Positions 8,638 to 17,702 of a stretch of DNA of 24,978 nt are shown one piece after another (within the stretch, counting starts at the first letter, position 1; the number at the start of each line of letters is the position of its first letter). The translations under genes were made by a program, and so were the position numbers. Where the stretch lies: contig JAYGFR010000155.1 of the NCBI GenBank assembly GCA_046581755.1, positions 1 through 24,978 on the forward strand, in the 5' to 3' direction. The notes under the pieces are model-generated. The model had not been told where the DNA came from and did no database searches. It saw only the letters and a list, made by a program, of their open reading frames with translations. Origin of the DNA: Nitrospinota bacterium. GTDB taxonomy: Bacteria; UBA8248.

Positions 8638-9915
8638 TTACCTCCGCGCCGCGGTCTGAATCGTCCGCATCGATTTCAGGGCTGCTGCGGTGGCATCCTG
8701 AACCGCAGTGGCGACGTCCACGGGCCCCCTCGCACAGCCCGCCGCAAAAATTCCGGGTGCCGGTTGTTCCGTGAGAAGAAAATGATCCTTATCGTATTGC
8801 AAATCAGCCGCGGTCTTTTTCTCCTCTGCGCTCGAGACCATCCCCGTCGCAAGGACGACGAGATCCACTTTGACCCTGAGTATCTCAGCCAAGAGTATGT
8901 CTTCGGCCTCGACGATCAACTCTTTGGTCGCCGGGTCCTCGATAATCCTGGCCACCTTTCCTTTCAATGTCGAAATGTTCGGGTCACTTAGGATTTTCTT
9001 GGAGAAGAATTTATAGGTTCCAGGTGTGCGCAAGTCGATATAGAAAATGTAGGATCTGGACTCCGGGTTCCGCTCCCTGACGTACGTGGCTTGCTTCAAA
9101 GAAGCGAGGCAGCAAATTCCGGAGCAGTACCCGAGGTGGGTTTCATCCCGCTGACCGGCGCATTGAATGAAGGCCACGCTGTTGACCGGTTTTCCGTCGG
9201 ACGGGCGAACGATCTTCCCTTTCGTTGGTCCGTTCGGGGCCGCCAACCTCTCCATCATCACATTGGTGATGACATCGGAATACCTGCCGAACCCAAGGTT
9301 ATCGATCCTGGTGGCATCGTACGGCATCCAGCCCGTGGCCATGATGATCGCGCCCACTTTGAGGTCAAAGGTTTTTGACACCATGTTCAAATCGATAGCG
9401 TCGTACTCGCACGCCTCGACGCACTTGGCGCATTCGGTGAGCGTACAAACCGAATCGTCGATGACGTATTTCATGGGAAACGCCATCTCATGAGGAAGGT
9501 AAACGGCCTTCGTCGTGTCCATTCCGAAGTTAAAGGCATTGGGTCGGTCAACCGGACAGACGGGAACGCAGGCATTGCACGCAGTGCACCGGTCGTTGAT
9601 GTAGCGGGGATGTTGCTTGATCGTAACGTCAAAATTCCCAGGGCCGCCCGATATGCTCTCCACCTCCGCCAAGGTGGCAAACCGGATTTGAGGGTTCTTT
9701 TTCATTCTTTGGAAGTTGATTTCAAGGCCGCAGTAGGGGGGGCAGAGCTTGGGAAAGTACTTGTTGAGCTGGGCTACCCTTCCGCCCAGATAGGGTTCTT
9801 TCTCGACAAGAAAAACCTCATACCCGGCCTCCGCCGCCTCCAGGGCGGCGGTGATTCCGGCGATCCCGCCGCCGACGACGAGTATGGTCCGATATACCGA
9901 AGGCGTGGTCTCCAC
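8638..9915 (-). CDS. qmoA: QmoA, HdrA-like flavoprotein
   Basis: ILVVGGGIAG, KYFPKLCPPYCGLEIN, internal ferredoxin cysteines, QCAGQRD..YCSGICC; lies between aprA and qmoB. Confidence 0.95.
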   Translation of the reverse strand: METTPSVYRTILVVGGGIAGITAALEAAEAGYEVFLVEKEPYLGGRVAQLNKYFPKLCPPYCGLEINFQRMKKNPQIRFATLAEVESISGGPGNFDVTIKQHPRYINDRCTACNACVPVCPVDRPNAFNFGMDTTKAVYLPHEMAFPMKYVIDDSVCTLTECAKCVEACEYDAIDLNMVSKTFDLKVGAIIMATGWMPYDATRIDNLGFGRYSDVITNVMMERLAAPNGPTKGKIVRPSDGKPVNSVAFIQCAGQRDETHLGYCSGICCLASLKQATYVRERNPESRSYIFYIDLRTPGTYKFFSKKILSDPNISTLKGKVARIIEDPATKELIVEAEDILLAEILRVKVDLVVLATGMVSSAEEKKTAADLQYDKDHFLLTEQPAPGIFAAGCARGPVDVATAVQDATAAALKSMRTIQTAARR

Positions 9916-9970
9916 CTAAGACTCCTCATTCAACTCTGGGCGACTTACGGTGCTTCGTGCACCGGCTTCG

Positions 9971-11848
9971 TCACGAAACAATCGATATGAAATCTTTTTT
10001 GAAAATCTCCCACTCGCCCGCCGCCGGGTCGTAGCGAGAGTTGACGAAGCATTTCCAGTTCTCTTCATCGATCTTGGGGAAGTCGCCGCGGTAATAGTAG
10101 CCGGGCCAACGTGTCTCCTCCCGGAACAGAATATGGCGCATGTGCGTCTCGGCGCACCAGACCCGGTCCCATACCTCCCAGCACCGCAGCAAATCGTGGA
10201 GATCCCGGGCGGCCAGATGCTCCATGTCTTCCTTCATGAGACCGAGCAGTTCAAGGCCCCGATTAAGGGTCGGCTCGTTGGTGAGGTAGTAGGCACCCTG
10301 CCCGGCGCAGTATTCGTCCATGATCTTCTGGAGGCGGAGAAGGGCTTGTTTGGGTAACACGTAGTTGGGATTAATATCCGGCTTGGTCGATTTCGATTGG
10401 TTCTTCTCGAAGACTTCGAGGGGCTGGAGCAGCTTTTTCTTGATTATCTCAACCCGGTCCTGCTCCACGTTCGGCTCATCGGGGTTGTCTTGGGCATAGG
10501 CGACCGCCGCCTTTCCCGCCAATCGCCCCTCGGTGTAGGAACCGCTGGAGAATTTGTGCGCGGATCCGCTCACGCCGTCTCCGGCCGAGAAGAGGCCATT
10601 GATGGTTGTCATTCGGTTGTACCCCCAGAAGTACTCCTTGGGAGCGAGGTCCTCCGGCCCGCTCACCCACGCTCCGGTCGCCGAGGCGTGGGATCCCATT
10701 AAATACGGTTCCGTCAGCACGACCTCCGACGGGGTCTCGGCCGGGTCGATGTTCTCCGACGCCCAGAGCAGGGCCTGGGACATGGTCATGTCCAGGAAGT
10801 CTTCCCAAGCCTCACTCTCGATCTGCCGGATTTTTTTCGGATCGTGCTGAACGTCGGCATACATCTTTTGCATCGCCTCGTCCGTTCTTATGTAGTGGGG
10901 CCCCCGGCCCGCCAGATAGTCCTGGATCATCTGGTGATTCCGGATCGGGGTCGGGATCGGTTGCCCGGTGCTGTAGGGCGGAAAATCTTTGAGCAAATCG
11001 GCCATTTTTTCTTCCACCACATCCCCGTAGGCGTTCTTCAGAGTCGCCTTCATGAGCAGGAACCACATCCCCACAGGGCCGTAGCCGTCTTTGAAGCGCG
11101 CCACCACCAACCGATGCTCAAACTGACTCATCTCGGCGCCGGCCTCTATCATCAGCTTATAAACCGATCCGGTGTTCCAGGGGGCATACCAGATGCGCCC
11201 GAGCCCCTCACCAACGGAATGGGGGCGAAAGACTCCCGTGGCTCCGCCAGCGGAGGAGATCACCGCCTTTGCCTTGAAGACGTAAATTTTGTTTTCGCGC
11301 ACGCTGAAGCCAACGGCTCCGGCGATTCGCTTCGGATCCTTGGCATCGATCAACAGGTCGGATACGAAAACCCGCTCGTAGATGTTGCCCTCTCCAATTG
11401 CCTTCTTGGCCGCCTCGGCGACGATGGGCTTGTAGGATTCGCCGTTGATCATGACCTGCCAACGGCCTTCCCGCACGTAGCGCCCTTCCGGGGTTTTCCA
11501 AAAAGGCAACCCCCACTCCTCGAACATGTGAACCGACGAATCGACGTTTCGGGCGATGTCGTAGACGAGATCTTCCCGTGATAGCCCCATCAAGTCCTGG
11601 CGGACGTAGCGAACGAAGTCCTCGGGCTGGTTTTCCCCCCACTTCATTCCCATGTAACAGTTGATGGCCGACAAGCCCATAGCGACCGCTCCGCTCCGCT
11701 CGATCGCACCCTTTTCCACGAGAACAACCCGCAGGCCCTTGGACTTGGCCCAGTAAGCAGCCTCATAAGCGGCACCGCATCCCGCCATTCCCCCCCCACA
11801 GATCAGGACGTCACACTCGACGACTTCGGTTTCAAATTCGACCATCAC
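9971..11848 (-). CDS. aprA: Adenylylsulfate reductase alpha subunit
   Basis: ERSGAVAMGLSAIN, EEWGLP, GRWQVMINGESYK, RFKDGYGPVG, EAWEDFLDM, HKFSSGS, REETRWPGYYYR. Confidence 0.97.
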   Translation of the reverse strand: MMVEFETEVVECDVLICGGGMAGCGAAYEAAYWAKSKGLRVVLVEKGAIERSGAVAMGLSAINCYMGMKWGENQPEDFVRYVRQDLMGLSREDLVYDIARNVDSSVHMFEEWGLPFWKTPEGRYVREGRWQVMINGESYKPIVAEAAKKAIGEGNIYERVFVSDLLIDAKDPKRIAGAVGFSVRENKIYVFKAKAVISSAGGATGVFRPHSVGEGLGRIWYAPWNTGSVYKLMIEAGAEMSQFEHRLVVARFKDGYGPVGMWFLLMKATLKNAYGDVVEEKMADLLKDFPPYSTGQPIPTPIRNHQMIQDYLAGRGPHYIRTDEAMQKMYADVQHDPKKIRQIESEAWEDFLDMTMSQALLWASENIDPAETPSEVVLTEPYLMGSHASATGAWVSGPEDLAPKEYFWGYNRMTTINGLFSAGDGVSGSAHKFSSGSYTEGRLAGKAAVAYAQDNPDEPNVEQDRVEIIKKKLLQPLEVFEKNQSKSTKPDINPNYVLPKQALLRLQKIMDEYCAGQGAYYLTNEPTLNRGLELLGLMKEDMEHLAARDLHDLLRCWEVWDRVWCAETHMRHILFREETRWPGYYYRGDFPKIDEENWKCFVNSRYDPAAGEWEIFKKDFISIVS

Positions 11849-11883
11849 TTGCCTCCAGGGTATGCCGTTGATTGAACAGTGGA

Positions 11884-12333
11884 TTAGTCGTTCGACAAGA
11901 CGGGGAGCTTGTCCACGCCGAGGTACTTCGCCTCGCCGCAGAGGCCGGCCTTATTCGCTTCCTCGGCGCTAGGATCCGGTAGATCCTGGAATGGCTCGAT
12001 CGATCCCCACGGCGTCGTGCGGATGGGGTACTTGAAGCGCTTCATCTCTCCGTTCCGGAACTTCACGGTCCACAAGATCGAATCGGTCCCGCGGAGCGGC
12101 GTGAGGCTCGCTCCCATCGGCATCACGTCCCCGTATCCCCGCATATCGATAGCTGTCTGGGGACATGTCTTTACGCAGGCATAGCACTCCCAGCAGAGGT
12201 CGGGCTCGATGTTGTAGGCCTTCCCCATGGATTGATCCAGGTGCATGATGTCCGAGGGGCAGATGTACATGCAGGCGGGTTTGTCCAACGCCTTGCAACC
12301 ATCGCACTTGTCCGGGTTTACATAGGTCGGCAT
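11884..12333 (-). CDS. aprB: Adenylylsulfate reductase beta subunit
   Basis: MPTYV..KCDGC...ACMYICP, CWECYACVKTCP, KRFKYPIRTTP. Confidence 0.97.
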   Translation of the reverse strand: MPTYVNPDKCDGCKALDKPACMYICPSDIMHLDQSMGKAYNIEPDLCWECYACVKTCPQTAIDMRGYGDVMPMGASLTPLRGTDSILWTVKFRNGEMKRFKYPIRTTPWGSIEPFQDLPDPSAEEANKAGLCGEAKYLGVDKLPVLSND

Positions 12334-12355
12334 ATCTAGCTCCTAAATAATAACC

Positions 12356-13573
12356 TTAACTTTTTTCTTCTGCGTACCTGTGAAGTTTGACCTCCGCTTT
12401 TTCCTCTAATGTCGAGTAATACTCTTTCAAAATGGAGAGCACTTCAGGCCGGCTGAAATGATCTGGAACCTCCTCATCGCCGGACAGCATCTTGCGCAAC
12501 AGGGTTCCGCTCAACATGACGCGGTCTTCCTTGCCGTGGGGACAGGTTTTCATGGAGGCGACTCCATCGCATATGTAGCAGTAGAAAGTCCAGTCGATTT
12601 TGAGGGGCTGTAGTTCCAGGGAACCTTCGGGGATCTCATCGAAAATGCCGTGGGCATCGAAAGGACCGTAGTATTCCCCGACCCCCGCATGGTCCCGTCC
12701 CACGATGAGATGGCTGCAGCCGTAGTTCTGCCGGAACACGGCGTGGAGCAGTGCCTCGCGGGGCCCGCCGTAACGCATCTCCGCGGGATATCCGGCCTGG
12801 ATACAGGTGTTTTTGACGAAATAGTTCTCCACCAATGCGCTGACAGCTCTCACCCTTACTTCGGCAGGGATATCCCCGGGCTTGAGCTTTCCCACCAATT
12901 GGTGAATTAATACGCCATCGCAGGTTTCGATGGCGATCTTCGCCAAATATTCATGAGACCGGTGCATGGGATTCCGAAGCTGCAGCGCGGCAACGGCGCT
13001 CCACCCTTTTTCCCGAAAAATCTCTCTTGTCTCTGCCGGACGCAAATAGATGTCCTTGAACATCTCGGGATAAAAGCTCTCGCTGAACACTTTCAACGGA
13101 CCGGCCAGATTGACGTCGCCTTGGGCCATCACCTTGGCCACGCCGGGATGTTCCGCATCAGTGGTCTTAAAGACCTGCTTGCACTCGTACGCCTTGTCAA
13201 TCGTGTATTTTTCCTGGACGGTCATGCTCCCCATGAGGTCGCCCGTCTCATTGTCAATCAAGCCAACCTCTTCCCCTTCTTTCAGTTCATCCGCCTGCTC
13301 CTTCGAAGCGGATAGGGTGATGGGTATGGGCCAAAAAACACCATCGTTCCTCGCGTAGTAATCGCAGACGCCCTTCCAGTCCTCCTCGCCCATGAACCCC
13401 TCAAGGGGGGTAAAGGCTCCTATACCCATCATGATGAGGTCAGAGGTCTCTCGAGAAGTCATCGTGACCTGGGGCAGAGATTTTGCTTTTTGCCTCTGCT
13501 CGTTGAGTTCCTCCCCGACGAGCAAGAGAGGCTTTAGCTTTTTCACTTTTCCGTGGGGGTTGACTAAGGCCAT
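12356..13573 (-). CDS. sat: Sulfate adenylyltransferase
   Basis: [50 protein letters not shown], zinc site CYIC...CPH, LSGT, FSRPEV. Start set at MALVNPHG (13573); 13597 is the alternative. Confidence 0.97.
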   Translation of the reverse strand: MALVNPHGKVKKLKPLLLVGEELNEQRQKAKSLPQVTMTSRETSDLIMMGIGAFTPLEGFMGEEDWKGVCDYYARNDGVFWPIPITLSASKEQADELKEGEEVGLIDNETGDLMGSMTVQEKYTIDKAYECKQVFKTTDAEHPGVAKVMAQGDVNLAGPLKVFSESFYPEMFKDIYLRPAETREIFREKGWSAVAALQLRNPMHRSHEYLAKIAIETCDGVLIHQLVGKLKPGDIPAEVRVRAVSALVENYFVKNTCIQAGYPAEMRYGGPREALLHAVFRQNYGCSHLIVGRDHAGVGEYYGPFDAHGIFDEIPEGSLELQPLKIDWTFYCYICDGVASMKTCPHGKEDRVMLSGTLLRKMLSGDEEVPDHFSRPEVLSILKEYYSTLEEKAEVKLHRYAEEKS

Positions 13574-13645
13574 TTCGGTTTCTCTTTGATCGCACATTTT
13601 TCGAACTAACTAGAACCAAGGCATGCTGGAAATTTAGATCGAGCT

Positions 13646-13712
13646 ATTGTGGTCAACAGGTGGGTAGGCGTCAAATAAATAGTTGCCCGCTTATATATAA
13701 AGGATTCTTTAT
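13646..13712 (-). promoter_or_regulatory. Putative sigma70 promoter of sat with upstream inverted-repeat operator
   Basis: Minus strand TTGACG (13674-13669), 17-nt spacer, CACAAT (13651-13646). Inverted repeat ATAAAG-GATT-CTTTAT at 13697-13712. Confidence 0.5.
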
Positions 13713-14671
13713 GACCCATTGGAGGGTTTCGCCGCTCGTTTTCCAGCGCGCCGGGGCTGACTCAGGTGCTGCTGGGCATAGGTGTGAACAAACTCCCGAA
13801 ACTGCTGGGCTACGGGGGAGAAGTACTTCTGCTTACGGTAGATGAGTTCCATGTGCCGCGTGAGTTCGAGCTTTTTGATGGGAATTATCCGGAGGGTCTC
13901 CGAAACGGATTCCTGCTCGACAGCATAACTGGAAACGACCCCGAACCCCAGGTTGGCCTCTACGGCCTTCTTCACCGCCTCCGTGCCGAATAATTGCATA
14001 ACCACTTGCAGCTTAATTCCCATCTCGCGAAGCCTGCGCTCTACAAACTGCCTGGTCCGGGAGGTCGGTTGGGGAAGAACGCAGGGCTGGTCCTTTAAAT
14101 CCTTGAGGGAAACTTTGGCAAGACGGGCGAAATGGTGGGAGGGCGAGACTATAAGCACCAAATGGTCGAGACAGACCGGTTCTATCCCAAACCGACCATC
14201 CTCGGTGGGACCACCCACCAGGGCCATGTCAACGACGTTTTCAAGAATTTTTTTATAGAGCCACTCCGTGGACTCGATATGAAATATGACTTCCGTTTCA
14301 GGGTAGAGTTCCATGAATGCCCTCACGATTCGAGGCAGGACGTACATCCCCCCTGTAGTGTTGGCTCCAAGGATGAGTTTCCCTTTGGTTACCTGACGCA
14401 GCTCATCGATGGCCCGTTCGGCTTCATCCTTGGCATGGAGAATGGAGACGGCACAGCGATAGAGGGCTTCGCCAGCCTGAGTCAGACGGAGCTTGGGACC
14501 ACCTCGTTCCAGCAGGGGAAGGCCCAGACTCTTCTCCAGAGCCTTCACTTGCAGGCTGACAGCCGGCTGCGTGAGGTGGAGATCAGAGGCAGCGACGGTG
14601 AAGCTTAGCCGCTGAACCACCGCATAAAATATTTGAAGTTGATGAAGATTCACTGCTGGTACTGTTCCCAC
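13709..14671 (-). CDS. LysR-family transcriptional regulator (CysL-like substrate-binding domain)
   Basis: NLHQLQIF..V....SFTVAA..LHLTQPAVSLQVKALE helix-turn-helix, LTQAG, GANTTGGMYVLP, TEAVKKAVEANLG. The true start may be GTG 14653. Confidence 0.93.
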   Translation of the reverse strand: MGTVPAVNLHQLQIFYAVVQRLSFTVAASDLHLTQPAVSLQVKALEKSLGLPLLERGGPKLRLTQAGEALYRCAVSILHAKDEAERAIDELRQVTKGKLILGANTTGGMYVLPRIVRAFMELYPETEVIFHIESTEWLYKKILENVVDMALVGGPTEDGRFGIEPVCLDHLVLIVSPSHHFARLAKVSLKDLKDQPCVLPQPTSRTRQFVERRLREMGIKLQVVMQLFGTEAVKKAVEANLGFGVVSSYAVEQESVSETLRIIPIKKLELTRHMELIYRKQKYFSPVAQQFREFVHTYAQQHLSQPRRAGKRAAKPSNGS

Positions 14672-15006
14672 TTAATTGGCATTATCTGGCACTCCACTGT
14701 CCAATGCTGACGCTACCAAATCCCCCTCAATTGGTACACATTATCGGAAATAGACGCTATGTAAAGGCGATCATGAAATCACAGCCAAATTATTTCTGCC
14801 AAAACCAGAGGTCGGTCATCCTATCCAGGGTATTCTCGTCCCTTGTTGAATTTGAGCGGTGAACCATCATGGTAAGGCAATCACCCATCTCTTTAGTCTT
14901 CGCGTCAATTCGTTCGCCATTTTACCGCCTTTGGGTGAAGCTAGTCATGCAAATTGTTGGGTAATCCAGCGAAATTTCCCTTTTCAGCGGCGATGGTCCC
15001 GCCTCT

Positions 15007-15861
15007 CTAATGGGCCGAGGGCAGGAAGGCGCCTTTCGGATTGCTGTACAAGCCCAAGCTCATGAGAGTAAATGGTGAGATCACGCGAAACCCACTTTCC
15101 AAGCACCAGCGGAAAAGCTCGCCGTTGCGAGTCGGCAAGAGAAAACCGGGACCGGCGTATTCCGGTGTTGCCGCGATGAGTGCCTTTAAGTCCTCGTTGG
15201 TCTCGCCCAGGGCATGGCCGAAGAACGAGAACACGGTGGCATATCCCGTAATACGGTCGTCGCGTTCAACAAGGGTGGCGGTACCAGCCTTGATCGCATC
15301 GAGCAGTTCCCCGCTGCGGTGGTGTCCGTGGACTTTGATGGACATCTGATCGCAGGCCTCCAACTCATTTTCCGTGGCCGGGCGCACAGCGTATCCGGGA
15401 ATCCGCACCGCAAGGGGATGCCCTTGGATAAGGGCCAATGGCTCGCGCACTTCGAACCCAAGCTCGGCGTAAAGAGATAGCGATTCGCTGTTATAGGCCT
15501 CTTGGACCAAGCGGACGCCCGGAAAGTGCTGCTTTTCTGCCCGCTCAAGCACATCCCGCATTAGAAGGCGGCCAATCTCGCCTTTTTGCACGGCCGGATC
15601 AATACTGATCGGACCAATGGCGGCAATGGTCGAACGCTCGTCAAGGAAGTTGCTACCGACGACGCGGCCATCAAGCTCGGCGATGACGGAGTAATAGGCC
15701 GGGTGCGAAAGCTGCTCTGACACGAGCCCGATAGCGGCCTCGGGCCCGGAAAAAAAGGGTTGAAAGCCGTGCCGATCAGAAAGCTCCGTAAATGCCTTAT
15801 GGCAGATCGTGCCACAGACTACGGCGTCAAAGGGCGATCCCGGTAGTAGCGTGACGTTCAC
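15007..15861 (-). CDS. GNAT-family N-acetyltransferase (two-domain)
   Basis: IGPISIDPAVQKGEIGRLLM acetyl-CoA motif A, N..SLSLYAELGF; AAGGAG RBS before the GTG. Confidence 0.88.
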   Translation of the reverse strand: MNVTLLPGSPFDAVVCGTICHKAFTELSDRHGFQPFFSGPEAAIGLVSEQLSHPAYYSVIAELDGRVVGSNFLDERSTIAAIGPISIDPAVQKGEIGRLLMRDVLERAEKQHFPGVRLVQEAYNSESLSLYAELGFEVREPLALIQGHPLAVRIPGYAVRPATENELEACDQMSIKVHGHHRSGELLDAIKAGTATLVERDDRITGYATVFSFFGHALGETNEDLKALIAATPEYAGPGFLLPTRNGELFRWCLESGFRVISPFTLMSLGLYSNPKGAFLPSAH

Positions 15862-16280
15862 CTGATTATTCTCCTTTCTGCGGTCATCTTTTTCGCCGCA
15901 ACTTCCCAGGTGGCATCCTGCCAGCTGGAGTTATATGTGGGGCACTTCTCGGGCGATTTCCTCTCGGAGGGCATAGGGGTGCTTATCCATGCAATTCAGC
16001 TTCGGATCTGATTGGCTGAAAAGGTGTGCATGGTGCGCAACCTCATGGTCGTGGTTGCGGCTAAGCCAACTGCGAAGAAAAGGCCGGCCGCACTTATGGG
16101 CAACTCCGGTTATTGAATTTAGACGAAAGAATTTAGCAACGAAAGCGAAAGACCTTTCAGGTAGAATGGGATTAAGCACTGAACTCTGCCAGTGAAAAGG
16201 AGTACCATCCATGGGGAACTCTCTCTTGTCTCTGACGATAGCCGTTGGGGTCTGGGTCAGCTTGCTGAGCCCGGCCGCCG

Positions 16281-16566
16281 CCGCTCATTCTATGCCGCTA
16301 GGCGCACGCGGCGGCGGATGTGGCCAGCAACCATTCCGCGCGCATGGAGGATGGAGAAATGGGCCAGAGAGATCACGTGGATGACGGCAGATTTCAAATG
16401 ATTGTGCCAGTTCTTGAGGAGGGAATTCCGTGGACGAGCTCCTATGACGGGCATAATGGTCTCCGAAAGAGTCCCTGCTATTGGACCTTGGAGGCTATCA
16501 TAAATAGTGGATATTCAAGAGATTCCGGTCGGCCGGACCCAACATAAATATCACTGGTCCAGGACA
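16281..16566 (-). mobile_element. Truncated second IS left end with a dead 5' transposase fragment
   Basis: Homologous to 3..123. ATG at 16454 reads MPVIGARPRNSLLKNWHNHLKSAVIHVISLAHFSILHARGMVAGHIRRRVRLAA*NER (TAG 16292-16290), which I recall as the N-terminus of a family of integrase-core transposases (unverified). Confidence 0.6.
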
Positions 16567-16667
16567 CAGAGTACAAGCGTACGGAGGGTTGAATTTCGGA
16601 GCAAGGATATCCAAATACCTGTCCTCTTGCTAGAATTAGTAATTCGACATGGCTAGAGAAAAAATCG

Positions 16668-17123
16668 ATGAAAATTTCCACCACAGGCCGGTATGCCATT
16701 ATCGCCATGATCGATCTGGCGGGGCACTCGCAAATACACCCGATCTCTTTGCCACAAATCGCGGGCCGACAAAACATCAGCCAGCACTACCTCCAAAAGC
16801 TTTTCGTCAAAATGCGGTGGGCCAAACTCGTGAAGAGCACACGTGGACCGAGAGGAGGCTATGTGCTTGCGCGTCCTCCCTCGCAGCTCACCATTAAGGA
16901 TATCCTCTCCTCCGTCGATGAGAAAATTAGGCTGGTGGATTTCGGCGGCGACGATTCCTCCGCTCCTCCGAATCCCGCCGTATACGGAAGTCGGCAACTG
17001 TGGCGTAAACTCGAGGCCACAATTGATCGGACGCTGACGGAGACGACCCTTGAAGAGATATGCACCGTCCTAGGTACCGAGAGAGGTGAAGTGAAGATCC
17101 CCGATTTTCAGGTATTTATCTAG
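16668..17123 (+). CDS. Rrf2-family transcriptional regulator lacking Fe-S cysteines (CymR-like)
   Basis: MKISTTGRYA..AMIDLA, IAGRQNISQHYL, LVKSTRGPRGGYVLARPP, LW..L, TLEE. Only one Cys, near the C-terminus. Confidence 0.92.
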   Translation: MKISTTGRYAIIAMIDLAGHSQIHPISLPQIAGRQNISQHYLQKLFVKMRWAKLVKSTRGPRGGYVLARPPSQLTIKDILSSVDEKIRLVDFGGDDSSAPPNPAVYGSRQLWRKLEATIDRTLTETTLEEICTVLGTERGEVKIPDFQVFI

Positions 17124-17229
17124 GTTCATGCGATGGAGAAAGAAAAGTGATATAACTTATTTATTATCAATACATTGATGGTTCGCCATCTTTTTTTTAT
17201 ATAACAAACTCCATCAATCTAGATTTTCC

Positions 17230-17259
17230 TTGCTATTCCTGATAAATATGATATAGAAT
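17230..17259 (+). promoter_or_regulatory. Putative sigma70 promoter overlapped by a 25-bp imperfect inverted repeat (candidate Rrf2 operator)
   Basis: TTGCTA (17230-17235), 18-nt spacer, TAGAAT (17254-17259). ATTCCTGATAAATATGATATAGAAT at 17235-17259 has ATTC/GAAT ends and partial inner symmetry. Confidence 0.5.
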
Positions 17260-17325
17260 TGCTCTTGAATCTTGGGGCGAAGGTGTTCTTTGATTTAAAC
17301 CCCTAAAATTACTCAGAGTTCAGAC

Positions 17326-17688
17326 ATGGCAAAATCGGTTCAACAGCTCGTGGATGAAGCGCGTGAGCGTGTTCCCGAAATTATTCCTGAGGATGTGGAA
17401 CCATTGCTTCTGGGTGGTCAAGAAGAAGTCCACATCATCGATGTACGGGACACTGAAGAGTTAATAATGGGATCAGTTCCGGGTTCGTTTCATGCAAGCC
17501 GAGGCACGCTTGAAATGCAAATCAACGATATCGTTCCGAATCTGGACTCGAAGATCATTCTTTACTGCGCGAGCGGGGTTCGGAGTCTTTTTGCGGGTAA
17601 GCAGCTTCTGGAAATGGGTTACAAAAATGTTTTTTCAATGAAGGGCGGCTATCACGCATGGCGGGAAATCGGCCATTCGGTTGGGTGA
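17326..17688 (+). CDS. Single-domain rhodanese / sulfurtransferase
   Basis: IIDVRD..E...G.VPGS, active-site loop YCASGVRS, L..MGY.NV.SMKGGY.AW. No signal peptide. Confidence 0.92.
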   Translation: MAKSVQQLVDEARERVPEIIPEDVEPLLLGGQEEVHIIDVRDTEELIMGSVPGSFHASRGTLEMQINDIVPNLDSKIILYCASGVRSLFAGKQLLEMGYKNVFSMKGGYHAWREIGHSVG

Positions 17689-17702
17689 ACGCTGGCGATT
17701 AG

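Noticed and set aside
15931..16212. 93-aa minus-strand ORF and overlapping ORFs between the GNAT gene and the IS remnant
   Set aside because: No recognisable motif or convincing RBS; probably degraded intergenic DNA.
16668..17123. Calling the Rrf2 protein IscR or NsrR
   Set aside because: The Fe-S ligand cysteines are absent and no isc/suf genes are adjacent.
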